64,000 nt of DNA from Candidatus Omnitrophota bacterium. GTDB taxonomy: Bacteria > Omnitrophota > Gorgyraeia > Gygaellales > Profunditerraquicolaceae. The stretch spans positions 542,928-606,927 of the forward strand of contig JBAZUE010000001.1 in the NCBI GenBank assembly GCA_041661605.1. The letters are read 5' to 3'. The notes beneath the pieces were generated by a model, which did no database searches, had not been told where the DNA came from, and saw only the letters and a list, made by a program, of their open reading frames with translations. Shown here one piece after another: positions 1 to 8,531 of this stretch. Each line of letters opens with the position of its first letter. The stretch's first letter is position 1. The translations under genes were made by a program, and so were the position numbers.

Positions 1-103
1 AGCCTCTGGCCATCTTGGCGCAAGAGACATCACCCTGCTTGTCAATATAATAGAGATAACCTTTTTCCCTCTTTACTCCCACTTTCATTACTTTATCTGC
101 CAT
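1..103 (-). CDS. hypothetical protein, 5' fragment truncated by window edge
   Basis: Minus-strand ATG at 101-103 with purine-rich GGGGGTGA about 9 nt upstream. The frame stays open to nt 1 (MADKVMKVGVKREKGYLYYIDKQGDVSCAKMARG...). Absent from the ORF track because it is truncated. Confidence 0.35.
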   Translation of the reverse strand, partial: MADKVMKVGVKREKGYLYYIDKQGDVSCAKMARG

Positions 104-133
104 TTTCCGATTCACCCCCTCTCTTTTTATTAA

Positions 134-976
134 TTATGTTCCTATCTTTATCGGCTGCAAAATTTGCTTTAAAGTCGCGATTGCCGAAAGCACCGCCAAA
201 AAGCTGGTCTTCGGGTTCTGCGGATGAAGGATATTCTCGGTACGCGTAAAAATTTTTGCCGCCTTGGATTCAATCTCGATTTCGTGAATATTCTTATTGA
301 CCCGCGGACTGGCGATTATGCGCACCCGGGTTTTGTGCATACCTATGCCGGCTAACCCCAGGACTGCGGCAACATTGATATTCTGCGGGAAATATTTTAC
401 CGCCTGGGCGGCGCTGCCGTTAAACAACAGTTTATCCTGCTTTAATCCGGCAAGCTTAAAGTGCTTTGCCACATATTCAACTCCGCTAAAAGCATTAGGG
501 TTTTTGCGCGTGGTTAAAGTTACCTTGCGCACCCCCGCTATGTTGGCGGCTTTTAAAGCATCTACCCCCGAGATAGCTCCGCTGGGGAAATAAACCATGG
601 CGTTATTTTTCCTGGATAACGAATACAACTGATCTAAATGCCCAACCAGGCCGCCTACGCTCATAACCATAACTTTGCAGCCGCCGGACAATGATTGTGA
701 AGCTATTTCCCAGGAGGCCCTGGCAGAAGAAGCCTCAATTACCAATTCTGAACGCTTGATCAAATCCTTTAAACTATCTGCGCACAATTTTTTGCCAGCG
801 GTTAATTTCCTGGAAAGCGCCTGGGCTTTTTCCGGCTTTATATCATAAAGGGCTACAAGAGAAGCATCTTTACGCAGGCCGTTAACTATCTCCTTTGCCA
901 AAGAGCTGCCGATAGCCCCGCAACCAACAATCCCGATTTTAAGCCGCCTGCGTTTTTTCATTTTAGATATACTCAA
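134..976 (-). CDS. nadX: L-aspartate dehydrogenase (NadX family)
   Basis: Rossmann GIVGCGAIG at the N-terminus. FPSGAISGVDAL, NINVAA and NIHEIEI...NPKTS blocks are typical of aspartate dehydrogenase. Alternative start at M6 (nt 961). Confidence 0.75.
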   Translation of the reverse strand: MSISKMKKRRRLKIGIVGCGAIGSSLAKEIVNGLRKDASLVALYDIKPEKAQALSRKLTAGKKLCADSLKDLIKRSELVIEASSARASWEIASQSLSGGCKVMVMSVGGLVGHLDQLYSLSRKNNAMVYFPSGAISGVDALKAANIAGVRKVTLTTRKNPNAFSGVEYVAKHFKLAGLKQDKLLFNGSAAQAVKYFPQNINVAAVLGLAGIGMHKTRVRIIASPRVNKNIHEIEIESKAAKIFTRTENILHPQNPKTSFLAVLSAIATLKQILQPIKIGT

Positions 977-1811
977 TAATTATGTTATCAATAAGCCTGA
1001 TCCTGCCGACCTTGACCGCTAAAGCAATCAAGCTTCCAGGTATAATTTTCTTTACCTCTTTAAGCTGCTCCCGCTCAACAATAGCGATATAATCAACCTT
1101 GGCATGCCTGTTCTTGGCGATAAGCAGCTTCATCCTGCTTATGATCCTGGCGGCATTACGCTGGCCATTATTGACCATGCACTGGGCAAGCCGCAGGGCC
1201 TTGTATAAAACAAGCGCGCTGCTTCTTTCATCTTTGCTTAAATAAGCGTTGCGTGAACTTAACGCCAACCCATCTTCCTGGCGCACTGTAGGCATAACTT
1301 TTACCTTAACCGGAAAATTCAAATCCTTAACCATTCTGGAAATAATAATTGCCTGTTGGGCATCTTTTTGCCCCAGGTAAAGCGTATCCGGCCGCACGAT
1401 ATTGAGCAGTTTGGCCACAACTGTCGCCACCCCCCGGAAATGCCCGGGACGGCTTGAGCCGCAGAGAAGACCGCTCAAAACTTCCACATTAACAAAAGTA
1501 GAATACCCCTGAGGATACATATTATCCTTATCCGGCAGGAATATAAAATCCACTCCCAGTTTACGACAGAACCCGGCATCTTTCTTAAGCCTGCGGGGAT
1601 ATTTCTTGAAATCTTCTCCCGGCCCAAATTGCTCCGGGTTAACAAAAATACTCACTACAGTTATATCATTTTCTTTGCGCGCCTGTTTAATCAGGCTAAA
1701 ATGTCCGGCGTGCAAAGCCCCCATCGTAGGGACAAAGCCTATGCTTTTTTTAAGCTGCCTGGCCTTTTCTGTTATGAGGCTAAATTTTCCGGGCTCAGAG
1801 ATAAGTTTCAT
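963..1811 (-). CDS. panC: pantoate--beta-alanine ligase
   Basis: PTMGALHAGHFSLI, SIFVNPEQFG and LGQKDAQQ motifs; length 282 aa. Confidence 0.9.
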   Translation of the reverse strand: MKLISEPGKFSLITEKARQLKKSIGFVPTMGALHAGHFSLIKQARKENDITVVSIFVNPEQFGPGEDFKKYPRRLKKDAGFCRKLGVDFIFLPDKDNMYPQGYSTFVNVEVLSGLLCGSSRPGHFRGVATVVAKLLNIVRPDTLYLGQKDAQQAIIISRMVKDLNFPVKVKVMPTVRQEDGLALSSRNAYLSKDERSSALVLYKALRLAQCMVNNGQRNAARIISRMKLLIAKNRHAKVDYIAIVEREQLKEVKKIIPGSLIALAVKVGRIRLIDNIIIEYI

Positions 1812-2209
1812 AAGACTTCTAATAACGGTTTAATTACAAAATCCCGGCTGAACATCCGCGGATGCGGGATAGTTAATATCTTACTGTCCTTAACCTTGTC
1901 CCCGTAAAGGAGGATATCCAGGTCAATCACTCTTGGGCCGAAGCGCACTGCCTTCTTCCTGCCCATCAGGGTTTCAATTTCTTTTAATTTTTTAAGCAAA
2001 GTCAAGGCGGATAATTTTGTATTTATTTTTAACGCGGCATTTAAGAACCTGGGCTGGCCGGCTGGCCCGCCGACAGGAGAACTTTCCATAATCCCGGATT
2101 CTTTAAGTACCCGGGTATTTCTCAACGCGCTGATCTTTTTAATAGCCAATTTTATGTTCTCTCTACGATTGCCCAAATTCGTACCTAAACCGAGATAGCA
2201 AACCGCCAT
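1808..2209 (-). CDS. folK: 2-amino-4-hydroxy-6-hydroxymethyldihydropteridine diphosphokinase
   Basis: YLGLGTNLGNR, GPRVIDLDILLY and IPHPRM motifs; ATGA overlap with panC. Confidence 0.85.
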   Translation of the reverse strand: MAVCYLGLGTNLGNRRENIKLAIKKISALRNTRVLKESGIMESSPVGGPAGQPRFLNAALKINTKLSALTLLKKLKEIETLMGRKKAVRFGPRVIDLDILLYGDKVKDSKILTIPHPRMFSRDFVIKPLLEVL

Positions 2210-3369
2210 TAAGATATCTTCTTTATGCGTTCCAAGGCCTGCCTTATCCGCTCTTTCGATACGGTAAGGGCCATACGAATATAGCCTTGGCCATATTTAC
2301 CAAAACCCACTCCGGGAGTAACCACTATGTCAGCTTCTTTAAGCAGCTTGGCGGAAAAACTTATAGAATCCGCCTTAACAGGGATTTTTATCCAGACATA
2401 GAAGGTAGCCTTCGGCTTTATGGCCTTCCAGCCCAGGGCGGAAAGCCCATCAACTAAAATATCCCGTCTTTCTTGATAAAGCTCGCACATGGATTTCAAG
2501 AAATCCTGCGGCCCCTCGATAGCCGCCACACCTGCCAGCTGGACCGCGGAAAATATCCCCGAATCAATATTTGATTTTACTTTAGCCAGGGCGGAAATTA
2601 ACTGCGTGTTCCCGCTTGCCCAGCCGATACGCCAGCCGGTCATATTATAAGTCTTTGACAAGGAATGAAACTCAATTACCCTCTCTCTTGCTCCCGGAAA
2701 CTCCAGGAGGCTGGGAGCCTTATAACCATCATAAGTCATTTCAGAATAAGCCAAATCTGAAATGATTATGATCTTATTCTTGGCGGCGAATTCAATGAGT
2801 TGGCGGTAAAAATCATCGTCAGCGCAGGCATTCGTGGGATTGTTGGGGTAGTTAACGAAGATCATCTTCGCTTTCTTACGCGTTGAAAGCGGAATCTTCT
2901 TTAAATCAGGAAGAAAATGGTTTGATTCCAATAAAGGCATGATATAGGGTGAGCCTCCTGCCAAAATCGTACCGCCTTTATACGGAGGATAACATGGATC
3001 AGGGACAAGGGCGATATCCCCGGGATTTAAAAAAGCCAAAGGAAAATGCGCGATGCCTTCTTTTGAGCCGATCAACGGCAATACTTCAGTATCCGGATTT
3101 AAATTAACATTAAACCGGCGCTTATACCAACCCTGGATCCCCCGGCGCAAAGCCGGCATCCCCTGATCAAGGGCATAACGGTGATTAGCCGGATCCTGGC
3201 TGGCCTTATTCAAAGCTTCAATAATAAAGGCGGGCGTAGGCTGATCCGGGTCTCCGACTCCTAAATCAATAATATCCCTTCCCTCCTGGCGCGCCTGGCG
3301 CTTGGCTTTATCAATCTCTAAAAATAGATACGGCGGTAATGCTTGTAATTTTTTCGAAAATTTAAACAT
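2209..3369 (-). CDS. dapL: LL-diaminopimelate aminotransferase (DapL-type class I aminotransferase)
   Basis: LPPYLFLEIDKAK...DLGVGDPDQPTP at the N-terminus and SLSKTYNMTGWRIGW (PLP lysine). Sits inside a dapB-dapA-dapF-lysA operon that has no dapD/C/E. Start set to ATG 3369 with AAGGAG upstream; the longer ORF to 3453 would overlap dapB. Confidence 0.75.
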   Translation of the reverse strand: MFKFSKKLQALPPYLFLEIDKAKRQARQEGRDIIDLGVGDPDQPTPAFIIEALNKASQDPANHRYALDQGMPALRRGIQGWYKRRFNVNLNPDTEVLPLIGSKEGIAHFPLAFLNPGDIALVPDPCYPPYKGGTILAGGSPYIMPLLESNHFLPDLKKIPLSTRKKAKMIFVNYPNNPTNACADDDFYRQLIEFAAKNKIIIISDLAYSEMTYDGYKAPSLLEFPGARERVIEFHSLSKTYNMTGWRIGWASGNTQLISALAKVKSNIDSGIFSAVQLAGVAAIEGPQDFLKSMCELYQERRDILVDGLSALGWKAIKPKATFYVWIKIPVKADSISFSAKLLKEADIVVTPGVGFGKYGQGYIRMALTVSKERIRQALERIKKIS

Positions 3370-3392
3370 ATTTTTATAACGCTCCTTATATT

Positions 3393-4109
3393 CTACCTGC
3401 TGTTTAATACATCCTGCATAGAATAAAGCCCGGCCGGTTTTTGAAAAATCCACTTAGCTGCTTTTAAGGCGCCTATGGCAAACAGGTCGCGCGTGTGCGC
3501 CTGGTGCTTAATTTCAATACGTTCAGAGTTCCCGCAAAAAACTACCGTATGATCGCCAAAAATATCACCCAGCCGGATCGAATGCATGGGGATATCTTTT
3601 TTAACAGCCTGCGAGATAACTTCGGCCATCTTCCTGGCTGTACCGCTGGGGGCGTCTTTTTTCGCCTTGTGATGGGCTTCTATGATTTCCACGCTGTAAT
3701 CAGGCCCAAGCTTCTTAGCTATCTCAGGCAGGATCGAAAACAAGACATTTACCCCTATGGCCATATTCGGAGAAAAAACTACCGGCACTACCCCGGAGAT
3801 CTCCGCTACTTTATTTTTTTGCTCATCGCTTAAGCCTGTAGTCCCCAGCACAAGGGCCTTCTTATATTTAGCGACATAATCTAAATGCTCATCAACTGCC
3901 TCCGGCAAAGTAAAATCCACTAAAACATCAACCAGGAATAAACCGTCCAGGTTCGATGAAACTTTCAATTTCCCAAGATCCCTGCCGATTAAAGGAGTGC
4001 CTTTCTTTTCTAAAGCCAAAGCTACCTCTAAATCTTTATCAAAACCGGCAAGCTCAAAAATCCGCCTGCCCATTTTTCCGCAGGCTCCAGTAATTCCTAA
4101 TTTTATCAT
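3393..4109 (-). CDS. dapB: 4-hydroxy-tetrahydrodipicolinate reductase
   Basis: GITGACGKMGRR NAD(P) loop and EAHHKAKKDAPSGTA signature. Confidence 0.9.
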   Translation of the reverse strand: MIKLGITGACGKMGRRIFELAGFDKDLEVALALEKKGTPLIGRDLGKLKVSSNLDGLFLVDVLVDFTLPEAVDEHLDYVAKYKKALVLGTTGLSDEQKNKVAEISGVVPVVFSPNMAIGVNVLFSILPEIAKKLGPDYSVEIIEAHHKAKKDAPSGTARKMAEVISQAVKKDIPMHSIRLGDIFGDHTVVFCGNSERIEIKHQAHTRDLFAIGALKAAKWIFQKPAGLYSMQDVLNSR

Positions 4110-4120
4110 TGCAACTCCTT

Positions 4121-4161
4121 CTTGGGGACAGTTCCCCGATTGGGTTAAGAAACGTCCCTGG
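4121..4161 (-). repeat. 41-nt intercistronic element, copy A1 (dapA-dapB spacer)
   Basis: RNA sense CCAGGGACGTTTCTTAACCCAATCGGGGAACTGTCCCCAAG, directly after the dapA TAA and directly before the AAGGAG RBS of dapB. Confidence 0.85.
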
Positions 4162-5034
4162 TTATAAACCGTATTCTTTGAGGGCTTTTTTCAGTTTATC
4201 CAAATTTACCGGCGACATGCTGCACATCGGCAGGCGGAGGTCCGGCTCGCACATTCCCAATAAGCCCATCGCGGTCTTAATAGGAATCGGGTTAGTCTCG
4301 ACAAAACAAGCCTTAATCAAAGGCAATAATTTATAATGCAGGTTTTGAGCTTTTTTAATATTACCTTTCTCAAACGCGCTGACTAAACCCGCCACATCAG
4401 CCGGCACAATATTAGCCACGACAGAAATAATCCCCGTGCCTCCAATGCTTAAAACAGGCAGGGTAAGAGAATCATCCCCTGACATAAGCTGAAAATTCGG
4501 CGGACAAAGCGCCTTAATCCGCGACATCTGGTCCAGGCTCCCGGAAGCCTCTTTCACCGCCACAATATTCTTGCAGTCTTTGGCTAAACCGGCGATTGTT
4601 TCCGGCTCGATATTGACTCCGGTGCGGCTGGCAATATTATAAAGGATAATCGGTATTTTTACCGACTCGGCAATAGCTTTAAAATGCCTGAACAGGCCGG
4701 CCTGTGTCGGACGGTTGTAATACGGCGAAACTTGTAAAGACGCATCCGCTCCGGAGCTGGCTGCCTGTCTGGTAAGCATTATCGCCTCTTCGGTAGAATT
4801 AGAGCCTGTGCCGGCAATTACGGGAACCCTTTTATTAACCTGATCAATAGTAACTTCGATTACCTTCTCATGTTCGTCAAAAGTAAGGGTTGCTGATTCT
4901 CCGGTAGTGCCGCAGGGCACAATACCGCTGGTACCGTTCTTAATTTGAAAATCGATCAATTCCCTTAACTTCTTTTCATCGACTTTACCATTATGAAAAG
5001 GCGTAACTATGGCTACAATCGAGCCCTTAAACAT
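4162..5034 (-). CDS. dapA: 4-hydroxy-tetrahydrodipicolinate synthase
   Basis: GTTGESATL, YNRP and AVKEASG (Schiff-base Lys) motifs; 290 aa. Confidence 0.92.
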   Translation of the reverse strand: MFKGSIVAIVTPFHNGKVDEKKLRELIDFQIKNGTSGIVPCGTTGESATLTFDEHEKVIEVTIDQVNKRVPVIAGTGSNSTEEAIMLTRQAASSGADASLQVSPYYNRPTQAGLFRHFKAIAESVKIPIILYNIASRTGVNIEPETIAGLAKDCKNIVAVKEASGSLDQMSRIKALCPPNFQLMSGDDSLTLPVLSIGGTGIISVVANIVPADVAGLVSAFEKGNIKKAQNLHYKLLPLIKACFVETNPIPIKTAMGLLGMCEPDLRLPMCSMSPVNLDKLKKALKEYGL

Positions 5035-5830
5035 AATACTCTCCTTTGTAGACTATCCTCGCGCTGCCCTCTAACCAAACATCTTTAAATTTATTATTTT
5101 CTTTATTAAAATATATTTTTAGGACCTGGCCGCTTTGGGTTTTGACCCTGACCAAATCTTTTAAATTATTTTTCAAAGCAAAAATCAGGGCGGCGGCTGT
5201 GCTGCCTGTGCCGCAAGCTAAGGTTTCACCCTCAACCCCTCTTTCATAAGTACGCACGTCAATAAGATTATTTTCTTTAACTTGCACAAAATTCACATTT
5301 GTGCCGGCGGGAGCAAACTTAATATGCCATCTTATCAAGCAGCCGATGCTATCAACATCCATCTTATCCAGGCCATCCACAAAAACCACAACATGGGGAA
5401 CACCGGTATTGATAAAGTTCACTTTAATCAGGCGGCCATTGACTCTTAAAGGGATATCCAGCTTAACTGCTTTAGGATCGGTAAGCTGAATTCTTACCTG
5501 GCTTGCGCAAACCCGGGTATTAATCAGGCCGGCAAGAGTAAGCATTTTAGCTTCTTTCTTACCGCTGAATAAGGCGGCGCAGCGGGCCCCATTGCCGCAC
5601 ATTTCCGCCTCTGAACCATCGGCGTTAATAATACGCATGCGTAAATCCGCATTTTTAGCTTTGCTGATCAATAACAAACCGTCAGCTCCTACGCCGAATT
5701 TCCTGTCGCATAAGGCCCTGGTTAAAGCGCATAGATTACCAGCCGGCTTCTTATCAATAACCACAAAATCATTCCCGGAGGCGACCATTTTAGTAAATTT
5801 TATTTTTTGCATATTATTTATTAAACTCAT
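5027..5830 (-). CDS. dapF: diaminopimelate epimerase
   Basis: ASGNDFVVID, MCGNGARC and ACGTGSTAAA (two catalytic Cys). M7 (nt 5812) is a plausible alternative start directly after the lysA stop. Confidence 0.9.
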   Translation of the reverse strand: MSLINNMQKIKFTKMVASGNDFVVIDKKPAGNLCALTRALCDRKFGVGADGLLLISKAKNADLRMRIINADGSEAEMCGNGARCAALFSGKKEAKMLTLAGLINTRVCASQVRIQLTDPKAVKLDIPLRVNGRLIKVNFINTGVPHVVVFVDGLDKMDVDSIGCLIRWHIKFAPAGTNVNFVQVKENNLIDVRTYERGVEGETLACGTGSTAAALIFALKNNLKDLVRVKTQSGQVLKIYFNKENNKFKDVWLEGSARIVYKGEYYV

Positions 5831-7055
5831 TGCGGATCAAATCCGCGTAAGTTTCTCTTTTTCTGATTACACGCACTTTATCCTTAGATACCATGACTTC
5901 GGCGGCCCTGAGGCGGGAATTATAGTTGCTGGACATACTAAACCCGTATGCTCCGGCACTCATCACCGCCAGATAATCGCCTTCTTTAACATCAGCGATC
6001 AGGCGTTCCTTTGCCAAGAAGTCCCCGCTTTCACAAATCGGGCCGACCACATCGGCTTTTTCAGCCTTAGCAATCTTGCGCAAAGGCAGGATATTGTGAT
6101 ATGCCCCGTAAAGGGCCGGACGGATCAAATCATTCATCCCGGAGTCAACGATAATAAACTTCTTTTTCGGGGTATTTTTGATATATAAAACTTTCGTTAA
6201 CAATATCCCGGCATTACCGGCAATAAAGCGGCCCGGCTCCATAATTATCTTTAAGCCAGTGCTCTTTAAAAGAGGAATTATTTCATCGGCATAAACCTGG
6301 GCGGTCTGAGGGGCCTCCTGATCATAAATAATCCCCATCCCCCCTCCGATATTCAGGTATTCAAGCTTAATACCTTTTGCGCCTAACTTTTTAATAAAAC
6401 AACCCACCTTCTTGAGAGCCGCCACAAAAGGAGCGCTTTCGGTGATCTGCGAACCAATGTGGATATGCAAGCCACAGATTTTCACGTTCTTGAATTTATT
6501 ACGCAGGAGCAGAATTTTATAAGCGTTATTTAAATCAATGCCGAACTTATTGGTAATTTTTCCGGTAGTGATAAATTTATGCGTCTTGGCTTCCACATCG
6601 GGATTTATGCGGATAGCTACCCGGGTAATTTTACCGAGCCTACCGGCAATACGGTCGATGCTCCTTAATTCTGGAAGCGATTCTACGTTAAAGAAAAGTA
6701 TTCCTTTAGTGATTGCCGTGGCAATCTCCGCTTCGGTTTTACCCACAGAGGCATAAACAATTTTATTGGCAGGGCAGCCAACTTTTAAGGCGCGAAAAAG
6801 TTCGCCACCGGAGACAATGTCTAATCCGGCGCCTTTGGCAATTAAAGCTTTTAGTATGGACAGATTGGAATTGGCTTTTACCGAATAGCAGATAAGAGGG
6901 TTGATTTGAGAAAACGCGGCTTTTAATTTTAAATAGTGATCAATCAACGTATGATAGCTATAGACATAAAGCGGCGTTCCAAATGTTTTAGCTAATTTTC
7001 CAACTAAAACATTTTCGCAATAAAGCCGGGTATTCTTATATTTAAATTCGTGCAT
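5814..7055 (-). CDS. lysA: diaminopimelate decarboxylase
   Basis: YSVKANSN (PLP Lys), GGGMGI and CESGD motifs; 413 aa. The ATG is fused to the end of 51-bp element copy 1. Confidence 0.9.
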   Translation of the reverse strand: MHEFKYKNTRLYCENVLVGKLAKTFGTPLYVYSYHTLIDHYLKLKAAFSQINPLICYSVKANSNLSILKALIAKGAGLDIVSGGELFRALKVGCPANKIVYASVGKTEAEIATAITKGILFFNVESLPELRSIDRIAGRLGKITRVAIRINPDVEAKTHKFITTGKITNKFGIDLNNAYKILLLRNKFKNVKICGLHIHIGSQITESAPFVAALKKVGCFIKKLGAKGIKLEYLNIGGGMGIIYDQEAPQTAQVYADEIIPLLKSTGLKIIMEPGRFIAGNAGILLTKVLYIKNTPKKKFIIVDSGMNDLIRPALYGAYHNILPLRKIAKAEKADVVGPICESGDFLAKERLIADVKEGDYLAVMSAGAYGFSMSSNYNSRLRAAEVMVSKDKVRVIRKRETYADLIRNEFNK

Positions 7056-7103
7056 TTGTTTTCTAACCTAATCTACTGCATACAGTTATATACACTGTCT
7101 ACA
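7053..7103 (-). repeat. 51-bp unit-boundary element, copy 1 (class 1, diverged)
   Basis: Plus-strand read CATTTGTTTTCTAACCTAATCTACTGCATACAGTTATATACACTGTCTACA. It contains the argH stop (TAG 7099-7101) and the lysA start (ATG 7053-7055). Confidence 0.8.
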
Positions 7104-8472
7104 ATCGGCGGAGCCAGGCAGATAATTGCTGCTTAACCAGCTTGGGATTCGTGCTGCCAAAAGATTGCTTTAAATTTACCGATGCCCAGGCATTAAGTAT
7201 GTTTCTCACATCCGCTTTAAGTTTTGGGGAATATTTGTTCAGCTCCTTATCGCTTAAAGAAGATATCTTTTTACCCTTATCCAGGCAGTCCCTGACCATT
7301 CTGCCTACAATATCATGCGCCTGACGATAAGAAATTCCCCTCTTAATCAAATACTCCACGATATCCACCGAAAACAAAGATTCATCTTGAACTTTGGCGG
7401 CAATCGCTTCTTTTTCAATCACAATATTGGCAAAGAGCGCCATAAAAATCTCAAGGATATTCTTAATCGTGTCAATCGCGTCAAAAAGCGGAGGCTTATC
7501 TAACTGCATATCCCTGTTATAAGAAGTAGGCAGCCCCTTCATCAGCATTATTACGCTGGAGAGGTTCCCTTGAATTTGCCCTACTGAACCGCGGATCAGC
7601 TCTAATATATCCGGGTTCTTTTTATGCGGCATAATACTGGAGCCGGTGCAAAAAGAAAAATCGATATCGATAAAATTAAATTCTTTTGTCGACCAAAGTA
7701 TCAAATCTTCGGCTATGCGCGATAAATGCACGGAAAGTATCGTTAAATCCGCCAGCACTTCAATTATATAATCGCGGTCGCTGACTGAATCAATACTGTT
7801 AGCGGTCAGGCCGGCAAACTTAAGTTCCTTCTTCACAAAATTCCGGTCAATAGCAAGCCCCGTTCCGGAGAACGCGCAGGAACCCAGCGGCATAGAATCA
7901 ATTCTATTCTTGGCGTCAAGCAATCTCTGCTTGTCCCTTTCCAATGCCTCTATGTATGCCAATAAATGATGCGCTAAAAGCACGCATTGAGCAATCTGCA
8001 TATGCGTATATCCCGGTATGACAACATTAGAATTACTGGCAGCGAATTTTAGTATTGCTTTCTGTAACTGCGCGCTAAACTCCACCAGGTTATCCACCTC
8101 GCTTCTTAAATACATCCTGGTATCCAAAGCAATCTGGTCATTCCGGGATCTTGCGGTATGCAATTTATGAGCCGGCTCGCCGATTTTCTTATTCAAAAGC
8201 TCCTGGATATTAGAATGGATATCTTCAGCGGAGGGATCAAACTTAAATTTTCCGCTGGCTACATCCTTGAGTATCGCATTTAAACCTTTAACTATCCGCG
8301 AACTATCCTTTTGAGGAATAATCTTCTGTCTGGCTAACATTTTGGCATGGGCAATGCTGCCTAAAATATCATATTTAGCCAATCTCTGGTCAAAGGCTAT
8401 CGATGAAGTGAATTTATCGGTCAAAGCATTTGTCTTCTTATTAAACCTTGTTCCCCAAAGTTTCTTCGCCAT
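7099..8472 (-). CDS. argH: argininosuccinate lyase
   Basis: TARSRNDQ and GSSIMPHKKNPD signature. Start moved to MAKKLWG (ATG 8472) because GGAGGA lies 7 nt upstream; the ORF-track start 8556 overlaps argG. Confidence 0.92.
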   Translation of the reverse strand: MAKKLWGTRFNKKTNALTDKFTSSIAFDQRLAKYDILGSIAHAKMLARQKIIPQKDSSRIVKGLNAILKDVASGKFKFDPSAEDIHSNIQELLNKKIGEPAHKLHTARSRNDQIALDTRMYLRSEVDNLVEFSAQLQKAILKFAASNSNVVIPGYTHMQIAQCVLLAHHLLAYIEALERDKQRLLDAKNRIDSMPLGSCAFSGTGLAIDRNFVKKELKFAGLTANSIDSVSDRDYIIEVLADLTILSVHLSRIAEDLILWSTKEFNFIDIDFSFCTGSSIMPHKKNPDILELIRGSVGQIQGNLSSVIMLMKGLPTSYNRDMQLDKPPLFDAIDTIKNILEIFMALFANIVIEKEAIAAKVQDESLFSVDIVEYLIKRGISYRQAHDIVGRMVRDCLDKGKKISSLSDKELNKYSPKLKADVRNILNAWASVNLKQSFGSTNPKLVKQQLSAWLRRL

Positions 8473-8479
8473 CTTCTCT

Positions 8480-8525
8480 TCCTCCACGAGGAGGACACCC
8501 GCGCAATACAAATCAGCGCGGGGTG
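8480..8525 (-). promoter_or_regulatory. argG-argH intercistronic structure: GC hairpin plus SD-sequestering stem
   Basis: RNA sense CACCCCGCGC-TGATTTGTATT-GCGCGGGTG followed immediately by TCCTCC-TCGT-GGAGGA. The GGAGGA is the argH Shine-Dalgarno, 7 nt before the ATG at 8472. Confidence 0.55.
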
Positions 8526-8531
8526 CCTTTC

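Noticed and set aside
5592-6188. Plus-strand ORFs of 60-198 aa throughout the window, for example 5592-6188, 12167-12643, 15223-15720, 45277-45816 and 52283-52753.
   Set aside because: All lie antisense within, or overlap, well-supported minus-strand genes. They have no RBS or promoter and their composition is low-complexity (Ser/Pro/Leu-rich), typical of shadow ORFs.
7056-7098. A lysine riboswitch (L-box) or other leader upstream of lysA or dapA.
   Set aside because: The spacers are 43 nt (entirely 51-bp element) and 52 nt (the 41-nt repeat plus SD). These are far too short for an L-box, and no conserved riboswitch cores are visible.
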